64,000 nt of DNA from an uncultured delta proteobacterium (GCA_963797235.1 CAWCOX010000004.1:635332-699331); one strand, 5' to 3'; shown: positions 7,774 through 17,199, counted from the first letter of the stretch. Translations and numbers: made by a program. The notes: a model not told the origin generated them from the letters alone.

Positions 7774-9417
7774 CTAAATTTCCAGCCTGGCCGCGATGGG
7801 GATCCTCCGCCCCATGCCAAACGCCTTGGACGTCACCTTCAGGCCCGGGGCGGCCTGTCGCCGTTTGTATTCGTTACGATCGATGGTCCGGATCACCCAG
7901 CGCACCGTCTCGGGGTCGAAGCCCCGGGCGACGATATCCTGGTATGAGCAGCGGTCTTCCAGATACAGATTCATGATCCGGTCCAGGATTTCATAAGGCG
8001 GCAGGGTGTCCTGGTCCTTCTGGTCCGGCCGCAGCTCCGCCGACGGCGCCCGGCGGATGATCTCCGGCGGGATCAACTCCCGGTCCCGGTTGAGATGCCG
8101 GGCCAATTCGTAAACCATGGTCTTGGGAACGTCGGCCAGGACGCTCAGGCCGCCGCTCATATCGCCGTAAAGCGTGCAGTAGCCCACCGCCAGTTCGCTC
8201 TTGTTGCCGGTGGACAGCACCATGTGCCCGAACTTATTGGAGATGGCCATGAGGATATTGCCCCGGATGCGGGCCTGGATATTCTCCAGAGTTATTTCAA
8301 TCTCGCCCAGTTGCAGCGGCTCTTGCAGGAACTCGCGGTAGCACTGGTACATGGGGGTGATGGCGATCAGTTTGGTTTCCACCCCCAGGTTGGCCGCCAG
8401 CTTCTCCGAGTCCACGATGCTGTGCCGGGAGGTGTAGGGTGAGGGCATCAGGACCCCCAGAACGTTGGCCGGCCCCAGGGCCTCGGCCGCCAGGGCGCAG
8501 GTGACCGCGGAATCCACCCCGCCGGAGAGCCCCACCACCACCTTGGTGAAGCCGCACTTCCGGATATAGTCGCGCAGCCCCAGCACCAGGGCCTGGTGCA
8601 CCGCGGCGCTGGGCTCCTGCGGTTTGTAGAGGCCCGGCGTCCCCGGGTGCTGCAAGTCCACCGTGACCACCGCCTCCTGAAAACTGGGGAGCAGGGCGAT
8701 GGCCTCCCCTGCCGCGTCCAGGGCCATGCTGCCGCCGTCGAAGATGAGCTCGTCGTTGCCCCCCACCTGGTTAACGTAGACAAAGGGCAGCCGATAGCGC
8801 CGGGCGTGGTTCTGCACCAGCCGGTGCCGCACGCACTGTTTGCCCACCTGGAAGGGCGACCCCGAGATGTTGATCAGCACCGTGGCGCCCTGGTCCGCCA
8901 GAACCTTGATGGGGTCCAGGGGATAGAGCCGGCGGAACCAGAGCTCCGGCTCGTACCAGGCGTCTTCGCAGACGGAGAGGCCCAGGGATTCCTTTCCTAA
9001 AGCCGCGACCCGCACCGCCGCGGCCGGCTCGAAATGCCGGGTTTCGTCAAAGACGTCGTAGGCCGGCAGCAGCGATTTGTTCTGCTGAAACAACACCTTC
9101 CCCTGGCCGATCAACACCGCGGCGTCGCTCAACGGCTTGCCGGTGTCCCGGCCCGTGGGCAGGGGCGCGCCCACCAGCACCGCGGTGCCGGGATAACGCC
9201 CGGTGACCTCCGCCAGCCGGGCCAGGGCCTGCTGCGCCTGGTCGATCAGGGAGGGCTTCTCCACCAGGTCCCGAGGCGGGTAGCCCACCAGGAACAGCTC
9301 CGAGAAGACGATGAGGTCCGTGGCGCCGCCAAGGCGCTCCAGGGTAGCGATGACCTTCTGCAGATTGCCGCTGACATCTCCCACCGTGGGGTTGAGCTGG
9401 GCCAGGGTGACTTTCAT
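7774..9417 (-). CDS. nadE: glutamine-dependent NAD+ synthetase
   Basis: 547-aa ORF. N-terminal carbon-nitrogen hydrolase domain (MKVTLAQLNPTVGDVSGN..SVCEDAWY). C-terminal NAD synthetase domain with the PP-loop GLSGGVDSAV. Confidence 0.9.
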   Translation of the reverse strand: MKVTLAQLNPTVGDVSGNLQKVIATLERLGGATDLIVFSELFLVGYPPRDLVEKPSLIDQAQQALARLAEVTGRYPGTAVLVGAPLPTGRDTGKPLSDAAVLIGQGKVLFQQNKSLLPAYDVFDETRHFEPAAAVRVAALGKESLGLSVCEDAWYEPELWFRRLYPLDPIKVLADQGATVLINISGSPFQVGKQCVRHRLVQNHARRYRLPFVYVNQVGGNDELIFDGGSMALDAAGEAIALLPSFQEAVVTVDLQHPGTPGLYKPQEPSAAVHQALVLGLRDYIRKCGFTKVVVGLSGGVDSAVTCALAAEALGPANVLGVLMPSPYTSRHSIVDSEKLAANLGVETKLIAITPMYQCYREFLQEPLQLGEIEITLENIQARIRGNILMAISNKFGHMVLSTGNKSELAVGYCTLYGDMSGGLSVLADVPKTMVYELARHLNRDRELIPPEIIRRAPSAELRPDQKDQDTLPPYEILDRIMNLYLEDRCSYQDIVARGFDPETVRWVIRTIDRNEYKRRQAAPGLKVTSKAFGMGRRIPIAARLEI

Positions 9418-9497
9418 GACGCGTGCCGCCGCCTTTCCGTGATGATTGGGATGATCATAGGAATATAGGCCCGGCCGGCCCCGCGGTCAATCGGATT

Positions 9498-9529
9498 CTA
9501 AAGGCGGGAGGCGCGGCGCTTTTCCGCCC
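9498..9529. repeat. REP-like hairpin (GGCGGGA..TCCCGCC type)
   Basis: CTAAAGGCGGGAGGCGCGGCGCTTTTCCGCCC is nearly identical to 10120-10150 (CTAAAGGCGGGAGGCGCGGCGCTTTCCCGCC, followed by CTAC). Confidence 0.75.
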
Positions 9530-10001
9530 GGCGGGCCGGGGCTGGCAGCGAAAAAGGCAATGCCAAGTAGAACTTAGGGATGAGAAAAACTGTCCATCAT
9601 CTAAGTAGCTGAATATTCATAGGTTATCCGGGTGAGTCGCCCAGGTTTGCAGGGACTTCAGGCCGAAAAAAGAGGGTGATCGGGGCCAAATTGTGCCGGC
9701 AGCTGAAAAAATTCCGCAATTTGGTGCGCATAAGTACCTTATTATACTGTCTTTAGTCCGCTGCGGTGGCGCTGACTTAGCGGTCCGGCACCGCCTAAGC
9801 ACCGCTGCTGTACCGCATTGGTGCCGCTTGGAGGCCGGGTGCTGTGGGGGTGGAGCGGTTAGGTTGCACATGTTGGTAAGATAAGGCCAGGTGAGAGAAA
9901 TTGCCAGAACAGGAGAGACAGTTGACCCGGTTGAGAAGTTCAAGGCTCAAAGTTATAGCGATCGCCAAATGAGCCTCTGGCAAAATTGACTTGGAATTAA
10001 T

Positions 10002-10404
10002 GCAGCCGCAGGCTTTAGTGTGAAAGTCAAATCCCCCTTTTTCAAAGGGGGACTTCAAAACCCCACTTTGAAAATTTGAAAAAGGGGGGAGAGGGGGGAT
10101 TTCGGCTCAAAATATCAGCCTAAAGGCGGGAGGCGCGGCGCTTTCCCGCCCTACAGGCTCGAAATAATATTGGTGCGCAGTGCGCACCTTACACTAACTA
10201 CGGGCGGAAGAGGTTGGCGGGCGGGACGCCCGCCCCACGAGAGAAGCAAATTGGCGCAGGTTTTAGAGGAGTTCCCGACATTCTGGGGCGGACACACAGG
10301 TCCGCCCCTACGGTTATCCACGCACAGGCGAGACGCCGGTGCCACCAGATTACTGCATTTACTGACCACTGGCAAAAGACCTGGTGCGCAGTACGCACCC
10401 TACA
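10002..10404. repeat. mosaic repeat block: family A copy 3 plus six REP-like hairpins and an ACTG array
   Basis: Family A copy (forward) at 10002-10102. Hairpins at 10125-10154, 10172-10193 (GGTGCGCAGTGCGCACCTTACA), 10216-10240 (GGCGGGCGGGACGCCCGCCCCACGA), 10285-10311 (GGGGCGGACACACAGGTCCGCCCCTAC), 10321-10345 and 10383-10404. ACTG array at 10346-10376. Confidence 0.85.
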
Positions 10405-13400
10405 TCACTTCCGGCTCGTGGGGAGGCTGAAGAAAATCCTGGTGCCGACGCCGATCTGGCTTTCGAGCTTGAAGGTGCCGCCCAGGGCCCGGACCCGCTC
10501 GGAGATGGCGGCCAGGCCGATGCCTTTCCGTCCCGCCTCTACGTCCTCCAGCCGGCCCACTTCGAAGCCCTGGCCGTTGTCCTCCACCAGGAAATCCACC
10601 CGGTCATCCGTTTTCTTGGCGGACAGGGTCACCTGGGACGCCTGGGCATAACGGCTGACGTTGTCCACGGCCTGCTGGAAGATGCGATAGATGCTGACCT
10701 GATCCTCCAGGCTGAAGACCTGGTTCAGGTCATCCAGGCCCAGGGTGCAGGCGATCTTGTAACCATCACACATGCTTTCCAACCCCGCCGCCAGACCCAG
10801 GTCTGCCAGCATCTGCGGGCTCAAATCCGCGGCCCGGCGTCGCAGGTTTTCCACCATAGCATCGATCTTTCCCAGTACCTGGTGGTAGTCTTGCCGCAGT
10901 TTCCCATGATCTTCGGGCAGCTTCGGCTCAAAGGTCCGTAACTCCAACTTCAGGGCGGTGATATCCTGGGCCAACTCCTCATGCAATTCCCTGGAGAGTT
11001 CCTGGCGCTCCTTATCCTGCAGGGCCAACAGTTGTTGAGTCAGGGTTCGGAGTCTGGTCTCCGACTCTTTCAGCGCCTGCTCCGCCTGCTTGCGCTCGGT
11101 GACGTCTTCGATGGCCAGCAGGATAAGGTTGTGGTCAGGGCCGCCCATGGGCAGGAGGCGGCCGTTCAGGAGCATAGTCCGGCGGCCGACCCCCGGAAAA
11201 TTCTGGACCATCTCGAAATCCTGGAAGACCTGATTGGCAGGCAGGACGTTGCCTAAAAGCTTGCGCAAACCGTGGAGGTTCCACTGGCCTTGGCCCAGAT
11301 CATAAAAGAAAGTGCCTTCCGTCTCTTTGGGGGTGGTCTGGAAGATCCGGTAATAGGACTCGTTGGCCGAGACCACCCGCAGCCTGCCGTCCAGGACGAT
11401 GAGGGGCTCCCGCATGGTGGCGATGATGGCCTGGGCATAGTCCCGGGCCCGCTGCACCTCCTCCAGGCTGCGTTTTCAAGAGGTCGACATCCACCAGGGC
11501 CAGGACGACGCCGTCGATCTTATTGTCTGAAGTGCGATAAGGCCGCAGGCGCAGGGAGTACCAGCGCCCTTCCCGGTCCTGGACTTCCAACTCCTTGATA
11601 TTGAGGGTGTCTATGACCTCCTTGATCACCCGCTCCAGGTCCGGCACCTCCACTTTGAGCCGGATGTCGCCGAGGGGCCTTCCCAAGTCCGCCGGGATCA
11701 GGTTCAGCATCTCCTCGGCCTTGGGGTTGAAACGCCGGATACTAAGGTCCGGCCCCAGCATGACGATGGCGATCTGCACCGCAGTGAGCAGGTTGTTAAG
11801 GTCGTTGTTGGCTTGAAACAGTTCCTGGTTGCGGTTGTCCAGTTCCTCGTTGAGGGTGGCCAGTTCCTCGTTGGTCGACTGGAGTTCCTCCTTGGAGGTC
11901 TCCATCTCTTCGTTGATGCTCTGGAGCTCTTCGTTGGCGCTCATGAGCTCTTCGTTGCTGCTCTTCAACTCCTCAACCGCGGTCTCCTGCTCTTCGATGA
12001 CCGCCTGGAGGTATTCCTTGGTGGCGGCCAGTTCGCTCTTCAGTTCGGCAATCTGCCGGTCCTTGGGCGACGCCTTCCCCTGGGGCTCCTTGGGAACTTC
12101 CTTTACCGGCGGCGGCGTCGGGGTGACATCTTCAAAGATCACCAGGAAATAACGTTCCAGGGCGGCCGCCGGCCGCAGGGGAAAGACCTCCAGGTTGACG
12201 ACGCTGATCCTGCCGTTGAGGCGCAGTCTCAGTCCCTCTTTGCGCACCTGGCTGTTGTTCTTCAGAGCGGCGTACACCGCGGCCCGCAGTTCGACTTGCA
12301 GCCCTTCCCGGGCCATCTTGATGAGATTGAGGCTGGCCTCACCCGGCGCCGGTTCCAGAAAGCGGCCGGTATGCCCCCGGAAGTGGAGGATGCGCAGGTC
12401 GGAGTCGATGACTACCCCGGCCGGGGCGAATCTGGCCAGGATCATGCGGTCCGCTTCCGCCTGCAGGTCCGCCGGAGCAACCACTGCCTCGGCGCCCCGG
12501 ACCACCTTGCCGGGCGCCCCGGGAAACGAGCTAAATTCTGCGGTGAGCGGAGATAGACCCAGGTGCGGCGAGACCGCCGCTTTCTTCAAAAAGATCTTGA
12601 GTTTCTTGTCCACCAGAGTAAAAAGCTCGGGGTAGGCACTCAGGGCCTCGGATTTGCCCAGCAGCAGGAAGCCCGTGGGCTTCAGGGCGAAATGGAAGAC
12701 GGGGATCACCTTCTTTTGCAGCACCGGCCCGAAGTAGATGAGCACGTTGCGGCAACTGATCAGGTCCATCCGGGAGAAGGGCGGGTCCTTGATCAGGTTC
12801 TGCCGGGCGAAGACGCACATGGCCCGGATGGTCTTGCTCACCTGGTAGCCGCCGGGGACCTTGACAAAAAAGCGCCGCAGCCGCTCGGGGGAGACGTCCG
12901 CGCTGATGGCTTCCGGATAGAGGCCCTGGCGGGCCTTATCGATCACCCCGTCTTCGATATCGGTGGCGAAGATCTGAATCTGGACGTCGGAGGCCTGGTC
13001 ACCCAGGAATTCCAGGAGACTGATGGCCAAAGAGTAGGCTTCCTCGCCGCTGGCGCAACCCGGCACCCAGATGCGGATGGCCTCGTCCTCGGCCCGGTTC
13101 CGCAGGATTTCCGGGAAGACCACCTGCTGCAAGGCCTCGAAGGCCTCCGGCTCCCGGAAGAAGCTGGTGACGTTGATCAGGATGTCTTCGTAAAGGTTCT
13201 TGACCTCCTCGGCATTCTCCCGCAGCAGGCGGACATAGTCCTCCAGCTTCTCCATCTGATGCAGCATCATACGCCGGTTGATGCGCCGTTTGATGGTGCT
13301 GTGCTTGTAATGGGTGAAATCCAGGCCGGTAGCCCGCCTTGAGCAGCAGCAGAATCTGGTTGAAGACGCCCTCTTCCTCGGGCAGCTCCGCCTCCCGGGC

Positions 13401-14140
13401 GGGGGGCGACGCCGTGACGAAGGGATGGTGGGCCAGGCGGGCCAACTGGCGGGCGATCTTATCGGGCGAGAGGACGAAATCGACGTGGCCTGCGGCAATG
13501 GCGCTTTCCGGCATGCCGGCGTACTTGGCGGTGGCGACCTCCTGGGCGAAGGTGATGCCGCCTTCGGCCTTGATGGCCTGGAGGCCCAGGACCCCGTCGG
13601 AGGCGGTGCCCGACAGGATCACTCCGATGGCCCGGCTGCCCTGGTCCTGGGCCAGCGAGCGCAGGAAGTCGTCAATGGGCCGCTGCACCCCCCGGGGCTC
13701 GACCCGACTGGTCAGGCGCAGCACGCCTTGCTCCAGACTCATGGTGATGCCCGGGGGCGTAACGTAGATGCAGTTCGGCTCCACCCGCATGCCGTCTTGC
13801 ACCTCGGCGACCGGCATCCGGGTGATCTTGGCCAGGATTTCCGGCAGCATGCTGTGGGTCCGGGGGGCCAGGTGCTGCACCAGGACGAAACCCATGCCGG
13901 TGTCCAGGGGCAGATTCTCCAGAAGCTGGGTAAAAGGCCTCCAGGCCGCCGGCCGAGGCGCCGACCCCGACGATGGGGAAGTGGCCCGGCGAGGCGGTTG
14001 CCGGCTCGGCGGCTTGTGGCCCCGGCCCCGGGCTGGCCGGCGCCGGCAACGTCCGCCTTTTTCAGCCCTGGCCTGCCGGCCTTTTTAGGGGCGGCACTTT
14101 CTGCGGGTTTCTTTACTCCACCTTCCTTGCTCTTGGGCAT
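10405..14140 (-). CDS. CheB methylesterase / CheR methyltransferase / PAS / histidine kinase fusion protein, interrupted by four +1 frameshifts (~14021, ~13933, ~13335, ~11475)
   Basis: Five pieces in successive frames join into ~1245 aa. Lys-rich N-tail, then CheB (FPIVGVGASAGGLEAF|TQLLENLPLDTGMGFVLVQHL..ILSGTASDG). CheR (TGLDFTHYKHSTIKRRINRRM..IWVPGCASGEEAYS). Acidic coiled coil and PAS segments. HisKA_3-like LSRELHEELAQ and HATPase_c (EDNGQGF..GIGL). Two of the four junctions lie in short homopolymer runs. Confidence 0.8.
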
Positions 14141-14354
14141 GACGGTTCCCGTCTACAAGCGACTATTATTTTATATAAAAGTAGCTTAATCACCTTTCCA
14201 GGAATAGCCATAGCACATTTGTGCAAAAAGAGACAATTTAAAATCCGGCAGGTCTATTATTCTCCGGTTCCCAAGCTGGGTTGGGAACGTTATTCCGGAG
14301 AACAGAGGCGCTCGGCAGTTTTTGGCCGGCGAGGGCGGCTGGTCTCCATTTTTC

Positions 14355-14382
14355 TTGACTTTGCTTTTTAAGAAATTATGAT
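14355..14382 (+). promoter_or_regulatory. sigma70-like promoter candidate for the antitoxin/toxin operon
   Basis: TTGACT (14355-14360), 16-nt spacer, TATGAT (14377-14382). Downstream lie two copies of TTTATAA(T/A)TTA (14384-14394, 14400-14410), a possible operator, then AGGAG (14413-14417) before ATG 14424. Confidence 0.5.
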
Positions 14383-14423
14383 ATTTATAATTTACCATTT
14401 TTATAAATTATCAGGAGTCCGAT

Positions 14424-14708
14424 ATGGAACTGGTCAAAGTGAAAAGAAATTATCAAATCACCATTCCCCAAAATCTCCGCAAGCTGATCCGGTTGGCCGA
14501 GGGGGATTACGTGGCAATGGAGATCAAAGACGGCGACCTGGTGCTCAAACCGGTCAAAGTGATCCACCCGGACCAGGAATATTTTTTCACTAAAGAATGG
14601 CAGGAAAAGGAGGCGGCCGCGGATCAGGACCTGGCTCAGAGCAGGGTTGTGGGGCCGTTTGAAAAGGTCAAAGATGCCTTAAAAGCCCTGAAGACCACCA
14701 AGGTATGA
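14424..14708 (+). CDS. AbrB/MazE/SpoVT-family antitoxin
   Basis: 94-aa ORF. The N-terminus MELVKVKRNYQITIPQNLRKLIRLAEGDYVAMEIKDGDLVLKPV is a typical swapped-hairpin AbrB-type DNA-binding domain. Its stop overlaps the toxin start (ATGA). Confidence 0.75.
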   Translation: MELVKVKRNYQITIPQNLRKLIRLAEGDYVAMEIKDGDLVLKPVKVIHPDQEYFFTKEWQEKEAAADQDLAQSRVVGPFEKVKDALKALKTTKV

Positions 14709-14962
14709 AGTTATTCTTCACCCACAGTTTCATCCGGGATTACCAGGCGCTTCCGAACCGCCTGCAACAGACGGTGGATAAAAAGCTGCAACTTTTCCAG
14801 GAAAACCCGCGCCAGCCATCCCTCCGGATCAAGAAGATGCAGGACCCGCGGAACATTTGGGAAGGCAGAATCAGCCGGGGATACCGCTTCACCTTCCAGA
14901 TAGAAGAAGAAGACTGCCTGCTCCGCCGACTCGGCACGCATGATATCTTAAAGACACCTTGA
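14705..14962 (+). CDS. RelE/ParE-superfamily type II toxin
   Basis: 85-aa basic ORF. F..F..DY..LP...Q..V.KKL..F..NP..PSLRIKKM......WEGRIS.GYRFTF.I is the characteristic RelE/ParE layout. It is translationally coupled to the upstream antitoxin. Confidence 0.75.
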   Translation: MKLFFTHSFIRDYQALPNRLQQTVDKKLQLFQENPRQPSLRIKKMQDPRNIWEGRISRGYRFTFQIEEEDCLLRRLGTHDILKTP

Positions 14963-14965
14963 AAA

Positions 14966-15052
14966 TGTAGGACAGCCGCCCCCGGCTGTCCCCGGACAGG
15001 CGAGGGCGCCTGTCCTACACAAAAAAAGGGGCGGTTCGAGAACCGCCCCTAC
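14966..15052. repeat. three tandem REP-like hairpins with GTAG/CTAC heads
   Basis: TGTAGGACAGCCGCCCCCGGCTGTCC (14966-14991). GGACAGGCGAGGGCGCCTGTCCTACA (14994-15019). GGGGCGGTTCGAGAACCGCCCCTAC (15028-15052). They lie between convergent genes. Confidence 0.85.
15021..15052 (-). terminator. intrinsic-terminator-like hairpin for the carbamoyltransferase operon (formed by a REP unit)
   Basis: On the minus strand, GGGGCGGTTCTCGAACCGCCCC is followed directly by TTTTTTT (15027-15021), 33 nt downstream of the stop at 15085. Confidence 0.55.
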
Positions 15053-15084
15053 GTGTTTCTGTTTGCTGATAGCTGACCGCTTGA

Positions 15085-16951
15085 TTAATCCAGCTCGTAC
15101 TCCTGGCGCCAGTCCTGCTTTTCCTCCCACTGGGGCTGTTCTTGCTTGTCGAACAGAAAATCCCCCAGCACCAGGTAGTCCATCTCGGTGCGCATGAAGC
15201 ACTGGTAGGCGTCCTCCGGGGTGCAGACGATGGGCTCGCCCCGGACGTTGAAGCTGGTGTTGACGATGAGGCCGCAGCCGGTCAACTCCTGAAAGGCCTT
15301 GATCAGCCGCCAGTATCTGTCGTTCGTCTCTTTATGCACCGTCTGGATGCGGGCCGAATAGTCCACGTGGGTGATGGCCGGCACCTCCGAGCGCAGGTGG
15401 TAGAGCCGGTCGAACATCTCCAGGTTTTCATAATCCGCCGGCAGGGGGTGGCGCTTTTCCTCCCGCACCGGGGCCACCAGGAGCATATAAGGCGAAGGCG
15501 TGTCCAACTCAAAGTAGGTGTTGCACTCCTCCATCAGCACCGACGGGGCGAAGGGCCGGAAGCCTTCCCGGTATTTGATCTTCAGATTGAGGCGCTTCTG
15601 CATCTCCGGGTGCCGGGGGTCGCCCAGGATGGAGCGGTTCCCCAGGGCCCGGGGCCCGAACTCCATGCGGCCCTGGAACCAGCCCACCACCTGGCCCTGG
15701 GCCAGCAGGGCCGCCACGTCTTTGGCCAGTTCGTCATAATCCTGGTAACGCTTATGGGGCGCCTGATGCCGCCGGGCCAGCCGCACCATCTCGTCGGCCG
15801 CCGAACTCCGGTCCCAGGTAGGCGCCCTGCATATTATCCAGGGCCGGGTTGGGGAGCTGGCGCTCCTGGCCCCGGACGATGTGCCAGGCGGCCAGGGCCG
15901 CGCCCAGGGCGCCGCCGGCGTCGCCGGCCGCGGGCTGGATCCAGATGTTCTTGAAGGTGCCTCGGCGCAGCAGTTTGCCGTTGGCCACGCAGTTCAGGGC
16001 CACGCCGCCGGCCATCACCAGGTTAGCGGAGCCGGTGAGCTTTTGGGCGGTCTCCGCCAGGCGCAGGACGATCTCCTCGGTGACCTGCTGGATGGCCAGG
16101 GCCAGATCCATATGCCGCTGGTCCAGGTTGCTCTCCCGGGGCCGGGGCGGCACCCCGAAGAGCGAGGTCCACTTGTCGTCGCACGCACATCTTCAGCCCG
16201 GTGGCGATAGTCGAAATAGTCCATGTTGAGCAGGAGCGAGCCGTCTTCCCGCAAGTCTACCAGCTCCTCCAGAATCAACTCCTGCCAGCGTTTGACCCGG
16301 TCCGCCTCGGGGTTGCCGTAGGGGGCCAGGCCCATGAGCTTGTATTCGCCGCTGTTGACCTTGAAGCCGCAGTAATAGGTGAAGGCCGAATAGAGCAGGC
16401 CCAGGGAGTGCGGGAATTGCAACTCCCGCAGGATGGAGATCTCCTTGCCCCGGCCGTGACCGATGGTGGAGGTGGCCCATTCGCCCACGCCGTCCAGGGT
16501 GAGGATGGCCGCCTCCTCGAAGGGCGACGGATAGAAGGCGCTGGCCGCATGGGACAGGTGGTGCTCCGGGAACAGCATCGGGGGGTCGCCGTCGCCCACC
16601 TTGGCCAGTTCCTCCCGCGAGCAGCGAGCGCATCATGAGCTTTTCCTTGATCCAGACCGGCATGGCCATGAGGAAGCTCTTCAGGCCCCGGGGCGCGAAG
16701 CCGTGGTAGGTCTCCAGCAGGCGCTCGAACTTGAGATACGGCTTGTCGTAGAAGGCCACGGCGCTCAAGTCGCTGAGCTTGAGCCCCGACTCCGCCATGA
16801 CGTAGGCCAGGGCCTTAGCCGGAAAGTCGGGGTCGTGCTTCTTGCGGGTGAAGCGCTCTTCCTGGGCCGCGGCGACGATCTGGCCGTCCACCAGGATGGC
16901 CGCGGCGCTGTCGTGATAAAAGGCGGAAAGCCCGAGAATGGCGTCAGGCAA
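15085..16951 (-). CDS. NodU/CmcH-family carbamoyltransferase, interrupted by four +1 frameshifts (~16618, ~16206, ~16181, ~15803)
   Basis: The pieces join as ILGLSAFYHDSAAAILVDGQIVAAAQEERFTRKKHD..WIKEKL|..PMLFPEHHLSHAASAFYPSPF..NMDYFDY|ATGLKMC|DKWTSLFGVPPRPRESNLDQRHMDLA..VMAGGVALNCVANG..|..GWFQGRMEFGPRALGNRSILGDPR..VNTSFNVRGEPIV. These are canonical carbamoyltransferase N- and C-domain motifs. Confidence 0.85.
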
Positions 16952-16965
16952 AGCTCAGGCTCCCC

Positions 16966-17115
16966 TTAAAAGATGGTGTAGATGAAGGGGGCGATGGCCG
17001 AACCGCCGGCAAAGATCATCAGCGCCCCAAAGAACAGCAGGGTCAGAATAATGGGCAGCAGCCAGTATTTTTTCCGTACCTTCAAAAAGCCCCACAAATC
17101 TTTCAAAAAATCCAT
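16966..17115 (-). CDS. small membrane protein, DUF5989-like (SxtK-like position)
   Basis: The 49-aa product MDFLKDLWGFLKVRKKYWLLPIILTLLFFGALMIFAGGSAIAPFIYTIF has one TM helix. It ends 15 nt upstream of the carbamoyltransferase start, the usual partner arrangement as I recall it. The listed longer ORF reads through a palindrome and is unlikely. Confidence 0.6.
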   Translation of the reverse strand: MDFLKDLWGFLKVRKKYWLLPIILTLLFFGALMIFAGGSAIAPFIYTIF

Positions 17116-17138
17116 AAAATTCTCCTTAAATTCAACTC

Positions 17139-17190
17139 CGGTAGCGCCGGCTTCCAGCCTGTGCCGGCGCAGGCTGGAAGCCGGCGCTAC
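17139..17190. repeat. 22-bp perfect-stem palindrome (REP-like, GTAG head) inside the sxtJ-like/DUF5989 operon
   Basis: GGTAGCGCCGGCTTCCAGCCTG (17139-17160), 8-nt loop, CAGGCTGGAAGCCGGCGCTACC (17169-17190). The right arm resembles the GCGCAGGCTRAAGCCTGCGGCTAC units at 1571-1592, 7711-7730, 18630-18653, 49032-49055 and 59779-59805. Confidence 0.9.
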
Positions 17191-17199
17191 CATAAATCA

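Noticed and set aside
9617-9943. ORFs of 60-108 codons in the 1-kb gap (9617-9943 minus, 9693-9884 plus, 9795-10058 minus).
   Set aside because: They overlap one another, have no ribosome-binding sites, and their sequence is Cys/Arg-rich and atypical. I treat the region as non-coding or possible RNA instead.
15028-15052. tRNA-like T-arm sequence GGTTCGAGAACC (also present in reverse complement at 49072-49093).
   Set aside because: Only a single hairpin is present, with no acceptor, D or anticodon arms. It belongs to the REP-like family.
10405-16951. Interpreting the fragmented kinase and carbamoyltransferase as true pseudogenes or as programmed frameshifting.
   Set aside because: The same single-base insertion signature recurs in 14 unrelated genes, with conserved motifs intact on both sides and no slippery heptamer/pseudoknot pattern. 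A systematic sequence error is the more economical explanation, though it is unproven without reads.
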